Of a DNA stretch of 64,000 bases, positions 38,654 to 47,817 are shown piece after piece. A program made the position numbers and the translations under genes. The notes beneath the pieces are model-generated. The model was given only the letters and a program-made list of their open reading frames with translations. It was not told the DNA's origin and ran no database searches. The number at the start of each line of letters is the position of its first letter. Positions within the stretch are counted from its first letter, which is position 1. The DNA is from a virus (taxonomy: Duplodnaviria; Caudoviricetes), in the IMG/VR virus record IMGVR_UViG_3300028832_000096. One strand, written 5' to 3'.

Positions 38654-39144
38654 TATTTGCTCACCTTCTCCTTTATATAGAAATAATTCTTTCTGTCTCT
38701 GTAACTAGTTATATAATATAATCCCAATTCTTTACAATAACGCCAATCGTCATCCTTCATAGGTTCATAATCTTCTATTCCAAAATAGATTTCTTCGTCA
38801 TTATCAGTTATATTCCAAACTCTAACCTCATCGTCATCGTAATCAATACGGCTAGAAGGCTTAAACGATTTAGGAAGTACAATATAACTATCGGAAATAT
38901 CCCAATAACTACTTATGGGCTTGTCTTCATCATTGTAAAGCCACTTATAGGTGTCAGAATCTTTTTTGAAATATCCGGTATTATAACCTCTGTTCCCTAG
39001 TACTAAAATATAACGATTAACTGGAATTTCAGATAAAAGGATTTCAAGTTGTTCAGCTAACTTAGTTTTATCGCCTCCATTTATACTTGAAAGCGAAATT
39101 TTCCTTAAATCAGAATTTAAACTAGCCTTAATATACACCTTCAT
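38653..39144 (-). CDS. Hypothetical protein, MKVYIKAS leader
   Basis: 163 aa, ATGA coupling. Confidence 0.75.
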   Translation of the reverse strand: MKVYIKASLNSDLRKISLSSINGGDKTKLAEQLEILLSEIPVNRYILVLGNRGYNTGYFKKDSDTYKWLYNDEDKPISSYWDISDSYIVLPKSFKPSSRIDYDDDEVRVWNITDNDEEIYFGIEDYEPMKDDDWRYCKELGLYYITSYRDRKNYFYIKEKVSK

Positions 39145-39536
39145 GATTGTGTGTCCTCGCTTCTATCCATATAGATATAAGGCTTATCTACATGATTATC
39201 TTGAACAATATAGCCAAACCAACAAATTGCAGGTAAGTCAATTCCAAGTTTAGTAAATGTTAACTTGTAAACATGTTGACCAACAGAAAGGTCTAATAAT
39301 GATGAACGAATATCTATCCAAGGCTTGTGTTCATCTCTAGTTACATATTCATAAAAATCAAGAGATTTATTAGCGTTTAAATCATAAATACCAGACAGTT
39401 CCATATCTCTAGGCATACTATCTGGTAATTTTACACAAATTATATCTGGAATTTCTGCAAGATTGAATACTTCTGTATTAGAAGCTAAATTCTGCATATT
39501 AGCTGATTGAATTGTAACAGTAAACCAACTTTTCAT
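39141..39536 (-). CDS. Hypothetical protein
   Basis: 131 aa, AAAGGA RBS. Confidence 0.7.
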   Translation of the reverse strand: MKSWFTVTIQSANMQNLASNTEVFNLAEIPDIICVKLPDSMPRDMELSGIYDLNANKSLDFYEYVTRDEHKPWIDIRSSLLDLSVGQHVYKLTFTKLGIDLPAICWFGYIVQDNHVDKPYIYMDRSEDTQS

Positions 39537-39573
39537 TCAGAGTATTCCTTTATAGTGTGATTATTAATCAATA

Positions 39574-39579
39574 AAGGTT
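39574..39579 (-). promoter_or_regulatory. AACCTT motif
   Basis: AACCTTTATTG at the boundary between the replication and accessory blocks. Confidence 0.55.
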
Positions 39580-39581
39580 AG

Positions 39582-39770
39582 TTAACTGTTTTCCACATCA
39601 TTATTAATTTTTGTATAGACCTCTAAAAACAGTTTGCTTACATCGGCCGGATTATAGTTATACCGCTTAGCAATAACTACTACACCTTGTGCACAACATA
39701 TACAAAGTTCTCTGATGTCCTGAAAGAATGCATCATTTAGTTTTTCTACTTTGCTCATAACGCACCTCAA
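39582..39770 (-). CDS. Small hypothetical protein
   Basis: 62 aa or shorter from MSKVE; GAGGTG RBS. Confidence 0.55.
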   Translation of the reverse strand: MRCVMSKVEKLNDAFFQDIRELCICCAQGVVVIAKRYNYNPADVSKLFLEVYTKINNDVENS

Positions 39771-40759
39771 AACAGCTTCTTAGGTTTCTTAACCTTCTTA
39801 CTGTCGTCGTATTTGTACTTGCCTTTAGTGAGTTGTTGTACTGCCCAAATGTTAAATGATGTTCTTGCATCAGAACTTTCTTGTACATCTTCCCAAGTAA
39901 GCCCGCACTTTGCTAATTCACCCTTTACAGTTTCAAAATCTTCATCACTTGCGAAGTAGCCAAATGCAGCTCCGGACTTATTATTGTCTTTTCTAACACG
40001 CATAGAAGTTGAAATAACTCCAAATGTAGGTGAAAGAATTTTGCTATAAGCGGCCTGGAGTCTATGGCTAACACTATCTGCAGAATAGCATCTGTTCTTT
40101 GCAAGAGACTGTAAAGATGTCATTCCGTATAAATGCGTTTTTACATTAGGGTTACTTGACTTATCAATGATATCATTACACTGCGAAATGTAAATGTCTT
40201 TTTCTTCTTGCGATGCATCGTTAGCTGGAGATATTCCGATATAGTCTAACTTGCTTCCATCTTCGGCACGCCACTCAAGCATGTTCTTAAGGGCATCAAG
40301 AGATTCACCATAGTGGAATACTGGCATCAGCTTTTCAGGAGACTTTAATTTACTACGCATGTAAAGGTAGTTGTCCCAAGACTTCTTTGCAGACTCTACA
40401 TAGTCCTCAGGCTTCTTAGGCTGTTGGAACTTACCTGGGATAGTATCTAACTGAGCAAATACATCAATATATTCATCAATGCTGTTAAGATACTCGATAT
40501 AGTTATCTTCCCACTGCCTAAAAGTAGGTTCTTTGATAGATTTATCAGGAAAATGAGCGTTACCAGTGTGGATAGAAAACGCACCGGAATCAATAAAGAG
40601 CCATCTGCAGAAACCATCCTGCTTATACTTGATAACTAAATCAATTTCACGTCTATCAAGCTGAGATACAAGAACGTCAAGAGGTTCAAAATCAGGCAAG
40701 GACATCAACTTATCGTGAACAAATGGTCTAATTGACCCGCTAAATACGTACTTTTCCAC
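39767..40759 (-). CDS. tRNA-guanine transglycosylase-like (DpdA-like) protein
   Basis: FIDSGAFS, QLDTI, PVFH, HLYG, YSADS TIM-barrel motifs. Confidence 0.65.
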   Translation of the reverse strand: MEKYVFSGSIRPFVHDKLMSLPDFEPLDVLVSQLDRREIDLVIKYKQDGFCRWLFIDSGAFSIHTGNAHFPDKSIKEPTFRQWEDNYIEYLNSIDEYIDVFAQLDTIPGKFQQPKKPEDYVESAKKSWDNYLYMRSKLKSPEKLMPVFHYGESLDALKNMLEWRAEDGSKLDYIGISPANDASQEEKDIYISQCNDIIDKSSNPNVKTHLYGMTSLQSLAKNRCYSADSVSHRLQAAYSKILSPTFGVISTSMRVRKDNNKSGAAFGYFASDEDFETVKGELAKCGLTWEDVQESSDARTSFNIWAVQQLTKGKYKYDDSKKVKKPKKLF

Positions 40760-40772
40760 TATGTGTTCTCCT

Positions 40773-41555
40773 TTACTCGGTATATTTTAAATCGAATATT
40801 AATTTACAAATTACTGCATTTGATGATATATGACTATTCTGCAAATCATCCAGACAATCTATACAAGGCTTAATCTGATTAGCTTTGAGCAATTTCATCA
40901 GATAACGAATTACTATAGTTACTGGAGCTTCCGAATTGTCTGGATAGTGTTGAAGTTTCCAAGAAATACTGCTAACATTATCCTTGAATTCTAACATTGT
41001 TGATAACGATTCAAAATATGCTAATTTGTTTGAATCTAAATCAAGTATTATCTTAACATCAGAAAAACTTTTAGCACATTTCCATATTATTTTATCTTCT
41101 ATAAAGTGAAATTTTTCAAAACTGATGCTAGTTGCAAATGCTTCCAAGTCCTTTGAGGTAGGCATTGCAACATCAATTAGAATACAACGACTTAAGATTG
41201 TATCAGGAATACTGCGAATATTTGTGCATGTTACTGCTACATACAGATAGTTAGGGCACTCTTCTATGAATTTAAGAAGAGGATTAGCTGCTTGTATTAC
41301 ACCTTCATCAAGATTCTCAATACAAAGTACAGCAGGAGCTCTATTATCAAGCAGAGTATCAATTACAGTTTTCAATTCCGATACAGAAGGATTAACTAAA
41401 GCAACGTCGTTGATATTGAGCATCTTAGCCCATTCTTTTACTACATAGGTCTTTCCAGAGCCTGCACAACCTGATACTAAAATAGAATGCCTACCTGCTT
41501 CTACTATTTGCTTCAGATTCTTTATAGCTTGTGTCTGACATTGAAACTCCATCAA
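40773..41555 (-). CDS. Clamp loader subunit (delta'-like AAA+)
   Basis: GCAGSGKT, ANPLLKFIEECP, IPDTILSRC. Confidence 0.75.
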   Translation of the reverse strand: MMEFQCQTQAIKNLKQIVEAGRHSILVSGCAGSGKTYVVKEWAKMLNINDVALVNPSVSELKTVIDTLLDNRAPAVLCIENLDEGVIQAANPLLKFIEECPNYLYVAVTCTNIRSIPDTILSRCILIDVAMPTSKDLEAFATSISFEKFHFIEDKIIWKCAKSFSDVKIILDLDSNKLAYFESLSTMLEFKDNVSSISWKLQHYPDNSEAPVTIVIRYLMKLLKANQIKPCIDCLDDLQNSHISSNAVICKLIFDLKYTE

Positions 41556-41737
41556 ACATCTCCTGAATCAATATTTAAAATATCTTTTAATAACCTATCT
41601 TTATAACAATCTTCGCAAAGATGAAATCGAGTAACTTTTCCTAAATAGGACACACGTACTTCGCAGAAATGATATAACATATTTGCATCATAATATGCTT
41701 GCTTCTTGCAGCAATCGCATTCTATTAATTCACTCAT
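41552..41737 (-). CDS. Small zinc-finger protein
   Basis: CDCC...HLCEDC. Confidence 0.6.
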   Translation of the reverse strand: MSELIECDCCKKQAYYDANMLYHFCEVRVSYLGKVTRFHLCEDCYKDRLLKDILNIDSGDV

Positions 41738-42645
41738 TGCAATACCTGTAAATCCGGGATATTCTTAAATCTAAGCAATGCTGCTAGATACACTATGTAA
41801 AGTGATGGTTCATTTGTATAACCTAAGCGAAGCTGTTTTAAGGCGTTGTAGGTATGGTTGAACATAAAGTATATATCATACCTTGTCCAATACTTGCTCG
41901 CCTTTTGTACAACCGATGAGGCGTATTTGTTATCTAAGCATTTATCTAGCTCTAACATCGTCTTAAGAATTATGTATAAAATGTTTTGAATATCGCCATC
42001 ATAATGTTCTGACATATACACTAACGAAGCAAAATCTCTGTTTGCTACTGCAAGCATTATGTCAGTATCAGAATAAGTAGTGTCCATACCAAAAAGCCAT
42101 TTTATCTGTGCTTCTGTCAATGTGTACTTATCTTGAATAGAATAAATGCATCTACAGATATTTTTAGCTTGATAGTAATCTGACGCAATATTTGCAACTA
42201 TCCTAAAATAATCTTCTTTCAGTTCAGGAAAATCTGTCTTCAGATACTTTATTATGAATTTACTGTCGACATGTGTAACTATTGCTGTGTTTTCAGGAAA
42301 GAACTTATCGACCTTATTAACATCGGAATCAGACTCATATATGAAAACTATGCAGCCATTTATCTTACACTTCTTTATACGCTGTTGTAATTCCGCATTG
42401 ATTTTGCTGAGAAATACTTTATCATAGCGGATTACATACACCGCAGGAGGAATAGGTATCATCTGCTTCTTCTCCATAGAAGCAATTAAGTCCAAAGCGT
42501 TTGAATATTCAATTCTGTTACCAATCTTACTGGTCAAGATATCGATGTATTTTTCTTTGATGCCAAACTCTGTTCCGCCTAAGAAGTATAAATTCTTAGG
42601 TGTGTCTGACATTATGCTAAGACCTAAATCTTGAATAGTTAGCAT
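41734..42645 (-). CDS. Clamp loader subunit (Pol III delta-like)
   Basis: NLYFLGGTEFGIKEKYI N-terminal pattern of HolA; context. Confidence 0.6.
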   Translation of the reverse strand: MLTIQDLGLSIMSDTPKNLYFLGGTEFGIKEKYIDILTSKIGNRIEYSNALDLIASMEKKQMIPIPPAVYVIRYDKVFLSKINAELQQRIKKCKINGCIVFIYESDSDVNKVDKFFPENTAIVTHVDSKFIIKYLKTDFPELKEDYFRIVANIASDYYQAKNICRCIYSIQDKYTLTEAQIKWLFGMDTTYSDTDIMLAVANRDFASLVYMSEHYDGDIQNILYIILKTMLELDKCLDNKYASSVVQKASKYWTRYDIYFMFNHTYNALKQLRLGYTNEPSLYIVYLAALLRFKNIPDLQVLQ

Positions 42646-43151
42646 TCGAACTCCTGCTGATAAAAATTTCTGAATTCTTCTAAAGACATAATAGCAACTT
42701 GCTCGCCATTACACCATTCAGGAAAATAACTTGTTTTCTTGTCATGATGTCCTAGTTTAAATAATAACGAAGCAGCTGAATTCTTAAAAGTGATTGTGCT
42801 ATCAGTCCTAGCAGTATTTACTAGACCAAATATTTTGAATACTTTGTCATCTGCAAACATCCTCTTTGGAATCATGACCCAAGTATTCTTTGACTTTTGA
42901 GTTCCATTATCTACAATCAACGCAGGATACTTATTTACTGTTCTTGATTCTGTAGAAATTTTCTCCCAGTGTTTCTTTTGAAATACTATATTGTCCTGTT
43001 CCTCTATGTGTGTTTTACACTCCACAAGGAAATGGTCACTGTTTACATCTCCGGGAGTAAACGGCCTAGCACCGCTACCTGTTACTACTTTCCAACCAAG
43101 GAAATCGGCAACCATCTTTTCTTGTTTACTTGAAGCTTCTTTATTCGTCAT
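42639..43151 (-). CDS. PD-(D/E)XK nuclease / Holliday junction resolvase
   Basis: QEKMVA...GSGA...GDV...LVECKT. Confidence 0.7.
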   Translation of the reverse strand: MTNKEASSKQEKMVADFLGWKVVTGSGARPFTPGDVNSDHFLVECKTHIEEQDNIVFQKKHWEKISTESRTVNKYPALIVDNGTQKSKNTWVMIPKRMFADDKVFKIFGLVNTARTDSTITFKNSAASLLFKLGHHDKKTSYFPEWCNGEQVAIMSLEEFRNFYQQEFEC

Positions 43152-44310
43152 CGCTATTATCGTCTAATACCTTTACGCCATTCTGGTTGATGTCATCAAT
43201 TATGTACTTACACATCCTATCATAATATTCAGGATTATTCTGCAGATAATCATAGACCTTTGTCATACCATTTAATTTAACGATTGAACCATCAACTTCA
43301 AGCGGTTCTTTAGTTTCAGGGTCGCATATAGTAAACCAAGCACCATTCTTTCTAATTATCTCGTACTGCTTGATTGCAAGATTAGCAAACTCGAAATCAA
43401 CACGGAGACCGGACTGAGCCATAAGATAATACTCTGCCTGTTTTCTATCGAACGGAGCAGACTTCTGCTTCTTGATATTAACTACAATCTTATAACCTGC
43501 CGGATTTTCTGCTTTCATAGGAAGGTCATTACCTACGAAATCAAGAGGTACACCTAACTTGAAACTAAGTCGAAGTGACGAATAAAACTTAATTGCTTCA
43601 CCACCAGGTGTCTGGTCAACATAAGGGTTGTCCATATTGACACGAAGCTGATTGATAAAAATCATTGTTGTGTCATATCTAGTAAGCAACTGTGTGAGTT
43701 TTCTACAGAATACTGTCATCAAACCTGCAAGTGAAGCAACAGTACGTTCACCGTATTTTTTCTCTAATTCAGCTTGAGTTACTAATGAAGGAATTGAATC
43801 AAGAACAATAAGGCCTACCTGGTTGCTTTCCATCAACTCCTGAACGCTCTGGATGATTTTCTCAGCAGCAACATTAGGTGGTTGCATAATCTCAATTGCT
43901 TTGTTAGTAATGCCGAGGGTAGATGCCCACTTCTTGTCAAATGAGTGCTCAAGGTCTACGTAAAGAATCTTTTTAGGTCCTCTATCTTTTAAATCTGACA
44001 ATGCAACCTTGTATTCTTTCTTGCCTTCTGAAATCTTCTGCTCTAAATTTGCAACTTCTTCGTTGTATTCTTCTAAGAAGATGTCAAGAGCGTTTTTACA
44101 GATGTCAATAGCAGATGTTGTTTTACCACCACCAGGTACTCCATAAAATTCTGTCAATGCGTTTCTAGGAACACCGCCGTAAGTAGCCCAGTTAAGTGAT
44201 GGAGATGAAAATGGAATTTTCCTTCCTGAAACCTTATTGACGCTATCCATCAATTCAGGACAAGCCCATTCCTTAGAACATTTCTTGATAATATCTTCAA
44301 ATGATGCCAT
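43141..44310 (-). CDS. recA: RecA-like recombinase
   Basis: GVPGGGKTT, YVDLEH, LIVLDSI, FINQLR, PGGEAIKFYSSLR. Confidence 0.9.
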   Translation of the reverse strand: MASFEDIIKKCSKEWACPELMDSVNKVSGRKIPFSSPSLNWATYGGVPRNALTEFYGVPGGGKTTSAIDICKNALDIFLEEYNEEVANLEQKISEGKKEYKVALSDLKDRGPKKILYVDLEHSFDKKWASTLGITNKAIEIMQPPNVAAEKIIQSVQELMESNQVGLIVLDSIPSLVTQAELEKKYGERTVASLAGLMTVFCRKLTQLLTRYDTTMIFINQLRVNMDNPYVDQTPGGEAIKFYSSLRLSFKLGVPLDFVGNDLPMKAENPAGYKIVVNIKKQKSAPFDRKQAEYYLMAQSGLRVDFEFANLAIKQYEIIRKNGAWFTICDPETKEPLEVDGSIVKLNGMTKVYDYLQNNPEYYDRMCKYIIDDINQNGVKVLDDNSDDE

Positions 44311-44830
44311 CTATTCCTTCTCCTCCTCTAATATAAACATTTCTTTGAATCGGCTTGTAATCAGGAAGTTCAGGCGTACTAGTTTCATTTACTGCAGGCT
44401 GTTCTGCACGCTTTCGTGCTTCCCAAACCTTTTTAGCACCCATTATCAATTCTTTAGAGAAAGAAATTTGATGCTCCACTTTAGCAATAACAGAAGAATA
44501 AACTATCTGCATAAGTTTGTATTCTTCGTCAATTTCCTCTTCCTGTTTCTTCTGCTTTCTTTGTTTGATTGTAAGTTTAACAATCTCATTATGCTGTTTG
44601 AATTGTGCAAGAGCATCTGACGCTGCAAATAAATCCAGCGGAAGTGCAGTGATAATCCATTCCAATTCCTTATCTGTAATAGATACTTCAACATCCTTAA
44701 AGCGATTATGCATTTCAGTTACTCGGCTGAAATACTTTGCAAAATACTTCTTATAGATGTCGTCTACTACATTATCAGCAGCTTCAAAATCTGCTTTAAG
44801 CGATTCAAGTGCATTCGCTATAGAATCCAA
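44297..44830 (-). CDS. Helical hypothetical protein (possible recombination mediator)
   Basis: 177 aa, GGAGGT RBS, adjacent to RecA. Confidence 0.6.
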   Translation of the reverse strand: MDSIANALESLKADFEAADNVVDDIYKKYFAKYFSRVTEMHNRFKDVEVSITDKELEWIITALPLDLFAASDALAQFKQHNEIVKLTIKQRKQKKQEEEIDEEYKLMQIVYSSVIAKVEHQISFSKELIMGAKKVWEARKRAEQPAVNETSTPELPDYKPIQRNVYIRGGEGIDGII

Positions 44831-44842
44831 AGTAACACCTCC

Positions 44843-45868
44843 TTAAGATTTCTTAGACGACGATAAAAGATAGGTCAATGCTGTTTCAACTTGATACTGT
44901 GTAGTCCTCAAGTCCTTATTAAGTTGCAATAATACACTAGAAAGTTTCAGACAGATTATTGCATGAGTCTCTGTATATGCAGATAATTTCTGTGCATACT
45001 GCGACGGTATCAAAGTAGCACCAATATCCTTCATATAGATAAATTTGATGATATTACATAAGAAAGAGTGGAAACCTTCAAACCACTTTACAAAGTTTGT
45101 ACCACAGTTATATACATCATCAACTATCTTAGTTATCTGCTCATTTTCGTGTTTAACCAGACTGTTTAAAAGATTGAAATATGTATCATAATCAGGAAGG
45201 TCTAAAGCTTCGCTTACATTTTCAAGAGTAATATCCTTACTGAATGCTAAACATCTATCCAAGTTAGTTAAGCTATCTCGCATTCCACCATTAGACAATC
45301 TTGCAATGTAGTCTAACGCCTCTTCATCATAAGTGATTTCTCTGCCCTCTTTATTTTCCTGCTCTATAACATATTGCAATCTGCTTTTAATACCTTTAGT
45401 ACTAATTTTAGAGAGCTTAAACGTCTGCACCCTCGATAGAATGGTTGCAGGTATCTTTTCAGGGTTTGTAGTAGCAAAGATAAAAATAGTACGAGCAGGT
45501 TGTTCCTCTAAGGTTTTGAGTGCTACCTGCCAAGCCTGAGAGCTGAATGCGTGACACTCGTCGCATATGATTACCTTATACTTCATTCCGATAGGGAATT
45601 GTGAAGCCTGTGACATCAGTAATCTCATTTCTTCAGTACTTCCATGAGAAGCTGCGTCAATCTCTATAGGCTCGCCTTTTCCTTCATTGAGGGTATCTGC
45701 AATGATTCTTGCTGTAGTGGTTTTGCCGCAGCCCGCAGGTCCTATAAACAAGAAGCATCTGTTTTCCAGTGTCTTGGATTCACACATTGTTTTGACAAGA
45801 GTCATTACAAGAGACTGCTCAGTTACTTCTGCAAATGTTTTAGGGCGATATTTGCTTGCGAGGTTCAA
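44843..45868 (-). CDS. dnaX: Clamp loader ATPase, Pol III gamma/tau-like
   Basis: LASKYRPKTF, GPAGCGKTT, IEIDAAS, DECH, LKTLEE, TILSR, GGMRD. Confidence 0.9.
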   Translation of the reverse strand: MNLASKYRPKTFAEVTEQSLVMTLVKTMCESKTLENRCFLFIGPAGCGKTTTARIIADTLNEGKGEPIEIDAASHGSTEEMRLLMSQASQFPIGMKYKVIICDECHAFSSQAWQVALKTLEEQPARTIFIFATTNPEKIPATILSRVQTFKLSKISTKGIKSRLQYVIEQENKEGREITYDEEALDYIARLSNGGMRDSLTNLDRCLAFSKDITLENVSEALDLPDYDTYFNLLNSLVKHENEQITKIVDDVYNCGTNFVKWFEGFHSFLCNIIKFIYMKDIGATLIPSQYAQKLSAYTETHAIICLKLSSVLLQLNKDLRTTQYQVETALTYLLSSSKKS

Positions 45869-45906
45869 ATCAAATTACCTCCATTCATACAAAGATACAT
45901 ATTCTA

Positions 45907-45914
45907 TAACGATT
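45907..45914 (-). promoter_or_regulatory. AATCGTTA motif
   Basis: Upstream of the dnaX-like gene. Confidence 0.6.
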
Positions 45915-46684
45915 CACCATTGTTTACATCTACTGTAATATCTGCAATAACTAGGAGTACAGTATCTAGTATCTGCAGGTTTAGGTGGTGCGATATTTTT
46001 GGCAACAAAGTCTTCTACATCTCGAAACATCTGCCACATTTCTTGCATATCGCTATCAGTTACTTTTACCTCGTAACATTTCATGTTACCATATTGCCTA
46101 TCCTGATAAACAACTAATGCACTGTGCAGATTAAGTAAAGTACAATAGCATTTAATCTGGTCAATGTGGTTAGGCTTTGGGTCAGTTAACCTGTCAAAAC
46201 TTTGCCTATCAGATGTTTTGATTTCAAGCAGCCTATACTCACCTTGGAATCTTATGATACCGTCAGGTGCAAATTTAATAGGAGGGTCAACAATTTCTAT
46301 TTTAGTTTCAAGCCCTGACTGTTCACAAGTGTATTTGTAAGGAGGATTTATCTTAGCTAAATATTCTTTGACATCTATCCAATCTTCCTTCAAGCCGCCG
46401 ATTAAAGTTGACTGAATGATTTGATGACACGCAGTTCCAATATCTGCAGTAAATCGCAAATCTCTATCAACACGTTCCTCAACTTCAGGCTCTACTCCGC
46501 GAAGTCTAAACCAACTAACACGCTTGCATCTGATAGACGAAGGCGCAAATGTGTTAGAAGGTTGTTTAGCTTCGGAACTTCGTATGAAGTCGTCTAATGT
46601 GTTTTCATAGTAATCCAAAAAACTACTACTGAGCGCAGAATTGAAGCGAGCAACTCTGAACTCATCTACTGACTTAAAGGCCAT
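45914..46684 (-). CDS. Cas4-like PD-(D/E)XK exonuclease
   Basis: PSSIRC, GTACH, PDG, LEIKT, Q...Y, C-terminal C..YC.Y..RC. Confidence 0.8.
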   Translation of the reverse strand: MAFKSVDEFRVARFNSALSSSFLDYYENTLDDFIRSSEAKQPSNTFAPSSIRCKRVSWFRLRGVEPEVEERVDRDLRFTADIGTACHQIIQSTLIGGLKEDWIDVKEYLAKINPPYKYTCEQSGLETKIEIVDPPIKFAPDGIIRFQGEYRLLEIKTSDRQSFDRLTDPKPNHIDQIKCYCTLLNLHSALVVYQDRQYGNMKCYEVKVTDSDMQEMWQMFRDVEDFVAKNIAPPKPADTRYCTPSYCRYYSRCKQW

Positions 46685-46687
46685 AAA

Positions 46688-47791
46688 TTACTCCTGGAAT
46701 GCAAGAACAATTGAGAGGTTATCTGTCCAGAAAACGCTACCAGACAATTCACCTTCGTTGTAAACAGGTCCAATCTTAATCTTATCACCGTCTACGCTAG
46801 AGAAAATTGATTTAAAGAAAGAGGACTTGAAGTCACCTGAATAATTTTCAAGTTCGCCTGTCTTTGTGATGTCTACCTTAAAGTCACCAGAACCTCTGTT
46901 AAGTGTGAGGGTATTTCCTTCTACCTTAAAGAATGTAGAAGTATCCTGTGCAGTAGCAACGATATCTGCCTGATTAAGGAACTTATTGATAGGTGCTACG
47001 TCAACTTCGATGTATGACTCAGGTGTCTTAAGCGTTTCCAGAATAGTATCGGAATTGTAATTACCAACGCCTTCATCATCCTCATATTCAGGAATGAACT
47101 GAGAAGTAAGGACATAACCATCGGTATCTACTGTTAAGACATAACTGTTGTCTACTTTCTTAATCTTTGAACCTTCAGGAAGATTAGTAAACAGATTGAT
47201 GATAGTAGGATTAAGGAGGCAAGTAGAACCAAGATTCGACTTATTAGACAATGTAAAGATTACGTTGTCAATATCACCTATGATTACCTTACCATCCTGA
47301 CCAATCCAAACCTTAGTGTAAACTGGGTGAATCATCCAGATAGAAATTGCGAACATCTGATGCTCTTTAACGAACTTCCAATCTCCGGACTTCAACTCAA
47401 TGCTATTACCTTCAGCAGTAGTTGTAGGTCTGTTAAGCGAAAGGTTATTTGCATCGAGGAGTTTAGGGAGTGTAAACTTACTAGAACCTGAATGCAAAAC
47501 AATTCCGCCTTCAATGAAGTCGATAGATGTGATATCCTTGTCGAAAGAATCAATGAGCTGCCTAAGCAGTGCACAATCTACAAAGATTGTTTCTGATGTA
47601 TCAGAATCTCCAGAACCCTTGAGTACAATCTCTGTATAGATTGAAGGAGCCTCAATATTGATTCTAAGATTTTCTCTTGTTGCAGTAACCTGAGCCAAGC
47701 AGCTCTTCTGGTTGAACTTGCTGATGTTTTCCTTGATAATACCAAGGTCAATGGCATTCTGCAAGGGCTTAGTGGACAATGTGAATTTCAT
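46688..47791 (-). CDS. Sliding clamp (beta-clamp-like)
   Basis: 367 aa, MKFTLS start, three-domain beta-clamp-like pattern, next to polymerase and loader. Confidence 0.7.
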   Translation of the reverse strand: MKFTLSTKPLQNAIDLGIIKENISKFNQKSCLAQVTATRENLRINIEAPSIYTEIVLKGSGDSDTSETIFVDCALLRQLIDSFDKDITSIDFIEGGIVLHSGSSKFTLPKLLDANNLSLNRPTTTAEGNSIELKSGDWKFVKEHQMFAISIWMIHPVYTKVWIGQDGKVIIGDIDNVIFTLSNKSNLGSTCLLNPTIINLFTNLPEGSKIKKVDNSYVLTVDTDGYVLTSQFIPEYEDDEGVGNYNSDTILETLKTPESYIEVDVAPINKFLNQADIVATAQDTSTFFKVEGNTLTLNRGSGDFKVDITKTGELENYSGDFKSSFFKSIFSSVDGDKIKIGPVYNEGELSGSVFWTDNLSIVLAFQE

Positions 47792-47817
47792 GTTGACTTC
47801 TCCTTTATGGTTTATTT

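Noticed and set aside
45914-46684. CRISPR-Cas locus suggested by the Cas4-like gene
   Set aside because: No repeat-spacer array or other cas genes seen; solo Cas4-like nucleases are common in phage replication modules.
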